Assembly (NCBI RefSeq): GCF_009914755.1
Contig: NC_060927.1
Source of the DNA: the human T2T-CHM13v2.0 reference genome, Homo sapiens
Strand: one strand, 5' to 3'
DNA length: 64,000 bases
Below are positions 37,732 through 61,344 of the stretch, one piece after another (position 1 is the stretch's first letter; every line of letters starts with the position of its first letter). The notes under the pieces are model-generated. The model saw nothing but the letters and a program-made list of their open reading frames with translations, ran no database searches and was not told where the DNA came from. The position numbers were made by a program, and so were the translations under genes.

Positions 37732-37827
37732 ATAATATTTTAAGGAAGTTTACAAATCTGTGTTGGGCTGCATTCAAAGCCATCCTGGGCTGCATATGGC
37801 CCATGGGCCGTGGGTTAGACAAGCTTG
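37594..37827 (+). mobile_element. MER30 non-autonomous hAT DNA transposon with internal (AT)n
   Basis: ccacattggaagaagaattgtcttgggccacac...acactaacgatagctgatgagc; 8-bp TSD ttgtagaa (37586-37593) / ttgtcgaa (37828-37835). Confidence 0.88.
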
Positions 37828-38299
37828 TTGTCGAACTTATTGTTTTTATAAAAATTAATTGCCTCTTTTTTTATTTGCTTATGCTTTGTTTTGTTTTGGT
37901 CATCAAATCTGGTGAGGATTTCCCACTCTTGCTATCATCTTTCTAATATATCTCTTCTTCCAGCTTGCCTTATGGTCAAATCTATCAGATGTCAGGTCAC
38001 TTTTTTTTCCTAGAGATTTGCTCCCCCACTGCTTTTATTTGTTTCAGTCACTATCTTTTGTGTTGGAGACTCTCCTCCTACAGACTTTCCTATAGAGACT
38101 CCTGGATGATAGTGTGTATCTAAAAGTGAAGTCCTTCAGTGCTGATTACAAACTCTATGTATAGGCAGGGCTTTCTCTAGCAGGCTTCCCTGTAGATGGC
38201 CAAAGAGATCTGCCCTTTTGGTCAGAGCATTCCCCAATTCCTGTGTCTGGAGGACTTGGACTTGTTCATTCCCCAGAGAGGAGTCTTCCACTTCTCCTG

Positions 38300-38660
38300 T
38301 GTTGGGCACAGGAGTTCGATGTCGCAAAAGATCTACACTGAGACAAAGGATTCCTCAGCAAGGCTAGTTTACTTTCTGCGGAAAGGGTGCACTCGCCAGC
38401 AGTCCAGCCACAAGAGCACACACAAACAAAGGAGATAGGGTTATTTATAACCTGATGCATTCACCCTACTGCTGTGTCTGGTTTCCATTGGCTGGAACGG
38501 GACCTCACATTCTATACCCGACCCAATTGGCTAGCAACTTAGAACTTCCCAAAAGAGTCAAAGGCAGAGGAGAACAAAGGAAGAGAGGAAGTAACTTGTG
38601 GAATGCTGAGAGAGGCAAAAACACTTCCAAATAAGGGAGAGGAATAGGCTATGGCCTAAT
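38300..38660 (-). mobile_element. ERV1 LTR fragment (LTR10-like), truncated in U3
   Basis: Minus-strand terminus ...gtgcccaaca, AGTAAA poly(A)-like signal, TATAAA at 38444-38449 and CCAAT boxes at 38487-38491 and 38526-38530. Confidence 0.6.
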
Positions 38661-38734
38661 TAAGCTATAATTATGCCATAAAATTCATACTTTTAAAGTG
38701 TACAATTTAATGCTTCTGATTATATCCATCTTAA

Positions 38735-39465
<731 letters not shown>

Positions 39466-42075
39466 GTCAAGGAATGACGTGAGCCACACAGAAAAATATG
39501 AAGCTCCTGACTTTCCCTCTACCCACAGACACCAAATAAACATCTATTCATGAATCACTTCCCTCTGAGAGAAGGAGACCCATTGAAAGATCCTTACCCA
39601 CCAGGCAACTGAGGAAACATCCACATTGAATGGGTAGGAAAAGCTGAGAGGCACACTCAGGCACAGACCCCACCCCTGGCACTGCACCATAAAATCAGGA
39701 AAGGAATCCTTAACATTTACTTGCTCCCTGTGGAGAGGAGGGTTTGGACCTCACATATACCACCCTAATTCTAAGATTTGCCATGGTTTGGCTCCTAATT
39801 CACCAACTCTGGGAGGGGAGGAAATTTGTATCTCTAGATCACAGGGAAAAAGCAGCAATTTTATATGGGCACACAAGGACTTCCAGGGCTTTATCCTCTA
39901 GAAGCAATGCAGAGAAAGGGCTCCAAAAATGCAGCTCCATGTGTCTCTCAGGAACAGACAAACTCTTTCAGTGGACATGTGGCAGTCTGGCTTCTTACTG
40001 ACTTAGACTGGGGAGTTAAAGGAGCAGACAAGTAGTAGCTTGCTGCTAGCCTGAGCAGCAGATTGGCACTTCCTGAGCCTCCTCCCCCAGCTCACCCTAG
40101 TGATAATTTCAGACAAACTCCTCTCCTGGAAGGAGTTTGTCCATACATTGAGCATCCCAGCTTTTATAGCTTCTACCCAAGGGACTGCATCCTAAACCTC
40201 CCCGTTCTGGGAACAAAGGGGACTGGCATATGTGTGTCCATAGACTACATGAAAAAGGTTGTGGTTTCGTATGGGCATGTAAGCACTTCTGGGGCTTGAT
40301 CCTCCTGAAACAGTGCAGAGAAGGGGCTTGAAAACACAGTTCCTCTGTTTCTCCCTGGAAGGGGTGTATAACTACTTGGTGGTCTGGCTTCTTGAGTTAA
40401 AGGGACTTTACACACTTACATTCGTGAGTTAAAGGGACAGGCAAGTATTGGCCCACCAGCAGCCTGAGAAGCAGATTGGTACTTCACAGGCCTTCTCCCC
40501 TAGCTCATCCCAGGAACAACTGCAGGCCTATTAATCCCTCCTGGAAAGAATTGTCCACATATTGAGTGCTCCAACTTTTACAGCTTCTACCCGAAGGACT
40601 GCATCCTAAACCTCCTAGCATTGGGAGCAAGAGAAGCTGCATATATATGAGTCTGTCTAGACCTCAGGAAAAAAAATTGCAGTTTTATGTGAGCACATAA
40701 ATACTTCCAGGGTCTTCATCTGCCAGGATCAGTGCAGAAAAGTGGCTTTAAAAACTCACCTCCCTGTTTCTCCCTGGAAGGGGTTTATGCCATGCATCAA
40801 GTACGCCAACTTTTACAGTTACCTCCCGAAGGACTCCATCCTAAACCTCTTAGTTCTAGGAGCAGAAAGAACTAGGCATTTATTAATCTCCCTAGATCAC
40901 AGAACAAAGAGATGGTTTTAAATGGGCACACAAACACTTCCAGGAGCTAACACCCCTTTGGAGCAGTGCAGAAAAGGGGCAGGAACATGCAGCTCCGATT
41001 TTTCTCTTTAGAAGGGTCTCATGGCACATAATTCCAGTGGCTGCTTTATGGCTTGGCTTATATTGAACTTGTTTCAGGGAGCTAATGGAGCAAACAAACA
41101 ATAACCATTTAGCAGCCTGAGCCAGAGCTCAGCACTTCATGAGCCTTTCCTTTGGCTCACCACAGTGATAAGTCCAAGTGTACCCATTCTTCCTGGAAGG
41201 CATTTGGCCACACATTAAGTGCCACAACTTCTATAGCTCCCACCCAAGAGACTATCTCCTTAATAACCTAATTCTGGGAAAATGGGGCTTTGCATTCCTG
41301 AGTGGCCCTAGATCACAGAAAGCCAAGAGGTAGACATACAACGTTTGCAACAGATCCTCTTCCCCAGCTTAATGCAGCGACAGTGGGATATAAATGCCCA
41401 TGTTCAGCTTTATCATGAAGATACAATGAACTGGAGCATGCATCCAACACTTTTAACATTTGCAGCTACATAACAAGAGTCTGGCTCCTAAGTTGTCAGT
41501 TTCAGAGTATGGAGAGGACATGGCACATCTTAAGCTCCAGGAGGCCACCCAAAACAGAGACAGCAGTCTGGACAAACACAAAGATTTGAGAGGCACCTTA
41601 GAATCTCTGGATGGATGAATTGGTGAGATCCTTCTACACAAGGCCAACCTGACAAGATTGGGAGAAATAATTGTCTGATCTCATATGCAGAAATGAACCA
41701 CAGAGCATCAAGGAAAATAAATAGGAGTATATTTCAAACAAAAGAATAAGATAAATGTCCAGAAACCAGCCCAAGTGAAGTGTAGGTATGTGATCATCCA
41801 ACAAGGAATTCAAAATAATGTTCATAAAGATGCTCACTGAGGTCGGGAGAGCAATGAAAGAATAAACTGAGAATTTCAACAAAGAAACAGAAAGTATACA
41901 TAAGTACCAAACAAATCATAGAGCTGAAGAATACTCTAAACTGAAAATTTCAATAAAAGGATTCAGCAGCAGACTAGATCAAGCAGAAGAAAGGATTACT
42001 GAAATCAAAAACAGGTCACTGAAAATTATATAATCTGAGGTACAAAAAGAAAAGAAATTTTAAAAAGAGGGTAAG

Positions 42076-45032
<2,957 letters not shown>

Positions 45033-45299
45033 AGCTAACATAAAGGCTTTTAAATACCTTTTACTCAGAGTAACAAGTGACAAAAACTCACTTAGAATGA
45101 GGGAGGCCATTAGTCAATGGCCTAGTTTTCCTGAAAATGAGTTTGAAAGAAAAGGAGCAGAGGAAATGGTCCTGAAGAAAGAAACTGAGAGCTTGAAAGG
45201 CAGTATGCCTCTCTGACTGCAGGTAAAGGCTACTCATAAGCCAACAGATTTTATTTTTTATTTCCTAAGCTGAAACAGCCTAGCCTAGGAGAGGGGTGT

Positions 45300-45361
45300 T
45301 TGTGTGGGTGTGTGTGTGTGTGTGGGTGTGTGTGTGTGTGTGTGTGTGCCCATGTGTGTGT
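45300..45361. repeat. (TG)n microsatellite
   Basis: Seen directly in the sequence. Confidence 0.9.
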
Positions 45362-46149
45362 ATTTAAAGTAAATCGGTGGAGGAAGTAAAGAGACAGAGG
45401 AAAGGGAGTAGCCTGGGGGAAGAGAGATGAGAGACTTGAGTATAAATGACTTAGGACAGGAGTGACAAAATAGAGAAACAGCTCTAGGTTATTTAAAAAA
45501 AGAACGTATATACCATGGAATTCTACACAGCCATAAAAAAGAATGAGATTATGTTTTCTGCAGCAACATGGATGGAGCTAGAGGCCATTATCCTAAGCAA
45601 ACTAATGCAGGAACAGCAAACCAAATGCTGCATGTTCTCACTTATAAGTGGGAGCTGTACATGGACACAAAGAAGGGAACCACAGATACTAGGGCCTATT
45701 TGAAGGTGGAGGGTAGGAGGAGGGGAATTAAAGTATAGAGTTTCTTTATGCAATCAAAGTTGTTATCAGCCTAAAATGCTATTAGTATAAGATGTTTTAT
45801 GTAAGCCACTGAGTAACTACTAAGCAAAAGCCTGTAATTAATATACAAAAGATAAAAGAATCAAAGCATACCACTAGACAGCCATCCAGCCACAAAGGAA
45901 GAAAGCAATACAGGAAGAAAAGAACAAAGGATCTACAAACAACCAACCAGAAAACAAAACAGCACTAGTAAATAAGTCCTTGCCTATCGGTAATTACTTT
46001 GAATGTAAATAGATTAAATTCTCCAATCAAAAGACGTGGAGTTCCTGAATGGATTTTTTTTTTTTAAGACCCAACTATATGCTGCCTACAGTAGCCTCAC
46101 TTCACCTTAAAGGACAGTCATACACTGAAAGTGAAGGGATGAAAAAAGA

Positions 46150-47118
46150 AACTACCATCAGAGTGAACAGGCAACCTACAGAATGGGAGAACATTTTTGC
46201 AATCTACTCATCTGACAAAGGGCTAATATCCAGAATCTACAAAGAACTCAAACAAATTTACAAGAAAAAAACAACCCCATCAAAAAGTGGGCGAAGGATA
46301 TGAACAGACACTTCTCAAAAGAAGACATTTATGCAGCCAACAGACACATGAAAAAATGCTCATCATCACTGGCCATCAGAGAAATGCAAATCAAAACCAC
46401 AATGAGATATCATCTCACACCAGTTAGAATGGCGATCATTAAAAAGTCAGGAAACAACAGGTGCTGGAGAGGATGTGGAGAAATAGGAACACTTTTACAC
46501 TGTTGGTGGGACTGTAAACTGGTTCAACCATTGTGGAAGACAGTGTGGCAATTCCTCAGGGATCTAGAACTAGAAATACCATTTGACGCAGCCATCCCAT
46601 TACTGGGTATATACCCAGAGGAATATAAATCATGCTGCTATAAAGGCACATGCACATGTATGTTTATTGCGGCACTACTCACAATAGCAAAGACTTGGAA
46701 CCAACGCAGATGTCCAACAATGATAGACTGGATTAAGAAAATGTGGCACATATACACCATGGAATACTATGCAGCCATAAAAAATGATGAGTTCATGTCC
46801 TTTGTAGGGACATGGATGAAGCTGGAAACCATCATTCTCAGCAAACTATCGCAAGGACAGAAATCCAAACACCACATGTTCTCACTCATAGGTGGGAATT
46901 GAACAATGAGAACACCTGGACACAGGAAGGGGAGCATCACACACCGGGGCCTGTTGTGGGGTTGGGGGAGAGGGGAGGGATAGCATTAGGAGATATACCT
47001 AGTGTAAATGACGAGTTAATGGGTGCAGCACACCAACATGGCACATGTATATATATGTAACAAACCTGCATGTTGTGCATATGTACCCTAGAACTTAAAG
47101 TATAATATATATATAAAA
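46150..47118 (+). mobile_element. 5'-truncated young L1PA (about PA4/5), ~1 kb
   Basis: Open ORF2 C-terminal 200 aa ending FSLIGGN (46300-46902), 3'UTR, TSD gaaaaaaga at 46141-46149 and 47119-47127. Confidence 0.92.
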
Positions 47119-47220
47119 GAAAAAAGACATTTCATGCAAATGGAAACAAAAAGAGCAGGGGTAGCTATACTATTTCAGACAAAGTTGACTTTAGGTCAAA
47201 AATTATAAAAAGAGACAGTG

Positions 47221-47520
47221 GGCTGGGCACGGTGGCTCATGCCTGTAATCCCAGCACTGTAGGAGGCCAAGGTAGGTGGATCACAAGGTCAGGAGTTCAA
47301 GACCAGCCTGGTCAAGATGTGAAACCCTGTCTCTACTAAAAATACAAAAATTAGCCAGGCGTGGTGGCGGGCACCTGTAATCCCAGGTACTTGGGAGGCT
47401 GAGGCAGAGAATTGTTTGAACCCGGGAGGTGGAGGTTGCAGTAAGCCAAGATCGTGCCACTGCACTCCAGCCTGGGCAACAAGAGTGAAACTCTATCTCA
47501 AAAATAAAAATAACAAAAAT
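47221..47520 (+). mobile_element. Alu (S-like), no TSD found
   Basis: Alu consensus; the flanking L1 sequences are not contiguous. Confidence 0.9.
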
Positions 47521-48853
47521 AATATCTGGAGATAAAAATGGAAACATATCAAATCTTACAGAATGTAGCAAAAGCAGCTCTGGGAGGGAAGTTTATAGCA
47601 ATAAATGCCTACATCAAATAAGAAGCAAGATCTCAAACAACCCAATGTCACACCTCAAGGAACTAGTAAAATAAGAAAAAACTAACCCCAAAGTTAACAG
47701 AAGGAAAGAAATAAGAAATATCAGAGTAGAAGTAAATGAAATGGACACTAAAAAAAGAAAAAGAAAAGAAAAATCACCTAAACAAGTTTATTTTCTGAAA
47801 AGCAAAACAGAAGAGTCAAGTCAGAAATGAAATAGAAGACGTTACAACTGATAACAGAAATATAAAGGATCATAAGAGACTGCTACAAATAATTATATGC
47901 CGGCAGATTGGACAACATAGGAGAAAATGATAAATTCCTAGACACGTGTATCTACTAAGACTTAATCATGAAGAGATTGGAAATCTGAACAGACTAATAA
48001 CTAGTAAAGAGCTTGAATCAGTAATTAAGAGTCTCCCATCAAAGAAAAGCCCAGGACTAGATGGCTTCACAGTTGAATTCTGCCAGACATTTACAGACAA
48101 ACTAATAATAATCCTTCCCAAACTTTTCTTAAAAATTGAAGAGGAGGGAATATTTCCAAACTCATTTCATGGGGCTAGCATTACCCTGATACTAAAGCCA
48201 GACAAAGACACTACAAGAAAAGGAAGCTATAGGTCAGTAACATGGATTAATATGATGCAAAAGTCCTCAACAAAAGACTAGCAAACTATATTCAACAGTA
48301 CATTAAAAGGATTATTCACCATGATCAAGTGGGATTTATCGCTGGAATACAAGGTTGGTTCAACATACTCAGATCAATAAATGTGATTCACCATATTAAC
48401 AGAATGAAGGAGAAAAACATGATCATCTCAATAAATGCAGGCAAAGCATATAAAAAATTCTCATTTCTTGATTTTAAAATTCCCAACAAATTACATATAG
48501 AAAGAATGTTCTTCAAAACAATAAATATCATATATGATAAGCCCATAGTTAACTTCACACTCAACAGTGAAAAACTGAAAGCATTTTTTTTAAGATCAGG
48601 AACAAGACAGGGATGCCCACTCTGACTACTTCTGTTCAACACAATACTAAGTACTTCTGTAATAAATACTTCTGTCCTAGCCAGAGCAGTTAGGCAAGAG
48701 AAAGAAAAGGCATCCAAATAGGAAATGATGGAGTAGAATTGTCTCTGTTTGCCAATGACATGGTCATATATATAGAAAATTTCAAAGACTCTACAAAAAA
48801 AACCTGTTAGAACTGAAAAACAGATTCAGTAAAATTGCAGGAGACAACACCTA

Positions 48854-49315
<462 letters not shown>

Positions 49316-50818
49316 TTCAGGGGTACATTTAACCAAGGAAGTTAAAGATCTGCATGTATACTGACAACTATAAAATATTGATTAAGGAAATTAAAGATTA
49401 TGCAAATAAATGGACAGATATCTCATGTTTATGGATTGGAAGGATTAATATTGTTAAGATGTTTATAATCCCTAAAGCAATCTACAGATTCAATGCAATC
49501 TCCATCAAAATTCCAATGTCATTCCTCACAGAAATAGAAAAAAACAATCCTAAAATGTGTATGGAATAAAAAAAGACCCCAAATAGCCAAAGCAACCTTG
49601 ACCAAAAAGAACAAAGCTGGAGGCATCACTCTACCATATTTCAAAGCATATTACAAAACTGTAGTGATCAAAACACCATGGTATTGGCATAAAAACAGAC
49701 ACATTGACCAATAGAAGAGGATAGTGAGCCCAGAAATAAACCCACACATCTACCATTAATTGATTTTTGACAAAGATGCCAAGAACACACAATGAAAAAA
49801 GGAGAGTCTCATCAATAAGTGATGTTAGGAAAATTGGATAAACCATATACAGAAGAATGAAAGTAGACCTTTATCTCACCCCCCTATAGAAGAATCAACT
49901 GAAAATGGATTGAAGACCTGAAATGATAAAGCTACTAGAAGAAAACATAGGGGAAAACCTATGATGTTGATCTAGGTAGGGATTTCTTGGATATGATCCC
50001 TAAAGCACTGGCAATGAAAATAAAAATAGAAAATGGGATTGCATCAAACTAAAAAGCTTCTTCACAGTGAAGAAAACAATAGAATGAAGAGAACACCTAC
50101 AGATTGGGAGAAAATATTTGCAAATTACATGTCAGATAAGGGACTAATATCCAAAATATACAAGGAACCTCAAGCTACTCAATAACAAGACTACAAATAA
50201 CCCTATTTTTAAAATTGGCAAAGGACTTGAGTAGACATTTCTTAAAAGAAGACATCAGATATATGAAAAAATGCTCAATATTTCTAGTCATCAGAAAACA
50301 CCAAGTAAAACCACAGTGAGATATCACGTCACATTTGTTAGATAAGCTATAATCAAAAAGATGAAAGATAACTGTTGGTGAGGATATGGAGAAAAGGGAA
50401 CTCTTGTACACTGTTAGTGATATTGTAAATACAGCCATTTTGGAAAACAGTATGAAGTTTTCTCAAACTAAAAATAGAATTACCATATAATCCAACAATT
50501 CCACTTCTGGGTATATACCCAGAGGAATTAAACTCAGTATGTCAAAGAGATATGTACACTCCCATGTTCATTGCAGTGTTATTCACAATAGCAGAGACAT
50601 GGAAAAAACCTAAGTGTCTATCAGCAGATGAATAGATTTTTAACATGTGGTATATATACACAGGCAATACTATTCAGCCTTAAAAGAAGTAGGAAATTTT
50701 GTCATTTCCAGCAACATGGATGAACCTGGAGGACATTATGTTAAGTGAAGTAAACCAGGAACAGACAAATATCATATGATCTCACTTACGTGTAGAATCT
50801 AAAAAAAATTGAACTCGA

Positions 50819-51234
<416 letters not shown>

Positions 51235-51532
51235 TCAGGTGTTCTGTTGCACAGCATGGTGACAATAGTTAATAATGGAGTGTATATTTCAAAATAGCTA
51301 AAACAGTATTTTCAGTGTTCTCACCACAAAAAAATGATAAATATCTGAGGTGATGAATATGCTAATTAGCCCGATTTGTTCATTCCACAATGTATACATG
51401 TATTGACACATCAGATTGTGTTTAATAATTATATACAATTATTATTTGTCAATTAAAATAAAAATTTTTTAAATCGGTGTAATACACCCTTAAATGGTAT
51501 AAAGGACAAAACCACATGATCATCTCAGTTAA

Positions 51533-51947
51533 TGTCTTAGTCCATTTTGTGTTTCTATAAAGGAATACCTGAGGCTGATTAGTTTATAAAGAAAAAGGGT
51601 TTATTTGGCTTACAATTCTAATGTCTGAAAAAGTTTAAGATTGGGTCTCTGGCGAAGGCCTCAGGCTGCTTCCACTCATGGCAGAAGGTGAAGGAGAGCC
51701 AGTGTGTGCAGAGATATCATGGTGAGAGAGAAATCAAGAAAGAGGGGGAAGGTGCCAGGCTCTGTTTAACAACCAGCTGTCATGGGAACTAATAGAGCGA
51801 GAGCTCACTTTTCCCCAAGGGAAGGCATTTATCTATTCTTCATGGATCCACCCCTATGGCCCAAACACCTCCCATTATGTTCTACCTCCAACATTGGGGA
51901 TGAGATTTCAACATGAGGTTTTGAGGGGACATATCCAAACCATTGCA
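51533..51947 (-). mobile_element. MST-type MaLR solo LTR
   Basis: tgtcttagtccattttgtg..ataaaggaatacctgaggctg ... tttcaacatgag....ggggacatatccaaaccattgca. Confidence 0.85.
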
Positions 51948-52274
51948 AATGTAGAAAAAGCATTAAAAAAAATCCGCCAACAATTTGGTATTTGTTTTGT
52001 AATAAAATCACTGAGCAAACTAAAAATAGAAGCAAACTTCTTCAACCTTATAAAGGGCATCTATGAAAAACACACACCTAACATCATACTTCATAACAAA
52101 AGATTAATTTCTTTCTCCTAAGATCAGGAACAAGGGCAAGATGTGTGCTCTAGCCATTTTTATTTATTATACTGGAGAGTCTAGCTGGGGCAATAAGGCG
52201 TTGGGGGGTGGGGGGTAACCCTTCAGATTAGAAAGGAAGAAGTGAAACTATCTCTATTCACAGATGACCTGATT

Positions 52275-52480
52275 CTTTTTTTAGGAGGTGAGGTATTCTG
52301 TCCTCCAGGCTGGAGTACACTGGCACGATCATAGCTCACTGCAGCTTCAAACTCCTGGGCTCAAGTGATCCTTCTGCCTCAGCCTCCCAAGTAGCTGGAA
52401 CTACAGGCACTGACAACTATGCCTGGCTAACTTTTTAAATTTTTTTTAAGAGATGGAGTCTCACTATGTTGCTCAAGCTA
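52275..52480 (-). mobile_element. Partial AluJ
   Basis: atcatagctcactgcagc..aactcctgggctcaag. Confidence 0.82.
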
Positions 52481-52902
52481 ACTTGATTTTATATACAGAA
52501 AATTCTAAGGCATCCACAGGAAAATTATCAAAAGTTACAAACAAGTTCAAGATTTCAGGACATAAGATCAATATCCAAAAATCTATAGTTCTATACACCA
52601 GCAATAAATGATTCAAAAACTGAAATTAAGAAAAAATCCCAGTTACAGTATCATCAAAATGAATAAAAAAGAACTTCCAGCTGCATTTTTGCAGAGATTG
52701 ACAGTCTGAGCCTTCAATTCATGTAGAAATATTGGGGACTCAGCCAAAACAACCTGGAAAAAGAACAAAATTGAAAGATTCACAGTTCCCATTTTCAAAA
52801 CTTACTACAAAGTAACAGTAATCAAGATTTGTACTAACATAAAGATAGATACATAGATCAACAAAACTGGAGAGTCCAAAAATAAACTCTTACTTAAATT
52901 GG

Positions 52903-53163
52903 TTTTTTTTTTTTTTTGAGATGGAGTCTTGCTCTGTTGCCTGGGCTGGAGTGCAGTGGCGCAATCTCGGCTCACTGCAAGCTCTGCCTCCTGGGTTCAC
53001 CCCATTCTCCTGCCTCAGCCTCTTGAGTAGCTGGGACTACAGGTGCCCGCCACCATGCCCGGCTATTTTTTTGTATTTTTAGTAGAGATGGGGTTTCACT
53101 GTGTTAGCCAGGATGGTCTCGATCTCCTGACCTTGTGATCCGCCCGCCTTGGCCTCCCAAAGT
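52903..53163 (-). mobile_element. AluY, slightly 5'-truncated
   Basis: ctgcaagctc; gttagccaggatggtctcgatctcc. Confidence 0.92.
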
Positions 53164-53258
53164 AAATTGATTTTTTATAATACTGCCAAGATAATTCAGT
53201 AAGGAAAGAAGTGTCTTTTCAACAAATGGTTCTGGGACAACTTAATATCCACATGTAG

Positions 53259-53564
<306 letters not shown>

Positions 53565-54079
53565 CTACATGTAAAAGAATGATATCGCATCTCTACCTTA
53601 TAGTATTTACAAAATTAACTTGGAATGGATTTTAGACCTAAATGTAAAAGCTAAAACTATGAAACTCTTGGAAGAAAATGTAGTATATCTTGTTGTGTTA
53701 AGCAGTAGTTTCGTAGATATAACACCAAAGTGCAAACAACAAAAGAAAAAAATAGGTAAGTTAGACTTCATCACACAAAGTTAAAAATTTTTGTGCTTCA
53801 AAGGCTACCATCAAGATAACCCACAGAATGGGAGAGAATATTTGCAAATCATACATCTAGTAAACACCTTGTGGTCTAGAATATATTCAAAAAGACACCT
53901 ACTACTCAAAGATAGAAAACTCAATTTAAAAATGGGCAAAAGATTTGAATAGACATTTCCCCAGAGAAGACAGACACATAGCCAATATGCACAAGAAAAG
54001 ATACTCCACATTATTACTCATTAAGGAAATGTAAATTAAATCTACAAGATAGCACTTCACACTGAGAGTAGACATAACA

Positions 54080-54420
54080 GGCCAGGCATGGTAGCTCATA
54101 CCTGTAATCCTAGCACTTTGGGAGGTCAAGTCAGGAGGCATTAAGTCAGGAGTTGGAGACAAGCCTGGGCAATAGAGCAAGACCCTGTCTTTACAAAAAT
54201 AATAATAATAATAATAATTTTTTTTTAATTAGTTGAGTGTAGTGGTGCATGCCTGTAGTCCCAGTTTAGTCCCAGCTAAATTTGTTGAGACTTTCTTTAT
54301 TCAAGAGACTGAGGCAGGAGGATCCCTTGAGTTCAGGAGTCGATGCTACAGTGAACTATGATTGTGCCACTGCAGTCCAGCCTGGGCAACAGAGTGAGAC
54401 CCCATCTCAAAAACAAAAAA
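54080..54420 (+). mobile_element. AluJ with an internal ~35-bp insertion
   Basis: TSD-like agagtagacataa / agagtagatataa; non-Alu insert at ~54265-54300. Confidence 0.87.
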
Positions 54421-54444
54421 AGAGTAGATATAATGAAGAAGACA

Positions 54445-54820
54445 AATATTGGTATTAATTCTTTAAACATTTCATAGATTTTATTAGTGAAACCATCTTG
54501 TCCTAGAATTTTCTTTGTGAAAACCTTTTTAATTATTGGATCTTTCACTTGTGAATAGGTATACTCAGATTTTCTATTTCTTCATGAATGAACTTTGGTA
54601 GCTTGTAACTTCCTAAGAATTTGTCAGTTTCATCTAGGTTATATAATTTGTTGGCATGCATTTGTTCATACTAGAACCATGTAATCCTTTCTGATTTTAT
54701 AACATTGGTAATGATGTCACTTCTTTTGTTCCTAATTTGACTAATTTGAGTTCTCTTTTTCTTTCTTGGTCAATGCAGCTAAAAGTTTGTCCATCTTGTT
54801 GATCTTTTCAGAGAACCAAT
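54445..54820 (-). mobile_element. Old L1M ORF2 fragment (continues at 61345-64000)
   Basis: Minus ORF 54333..54548 includes TKKILGQDGFTNKIYEMFKELIP, homologous to L1 ORF2 KKSPGPDGF. Confidence 0.7.
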
Positions 54821-54821
54821 T

Positions 54822-61341
<6,520 letters not shown>

Positions 61342-61344
61342 CTG

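Noticed and set aside
39720-41320. Repeat-spacer-like periodicity suggesting a CRISPR-like array
   Set aside because: The units are long, degenerate and contiguous with L1 ORF1 in a primate intron; there are no short identical repeats with unique spacers and no cas genes.
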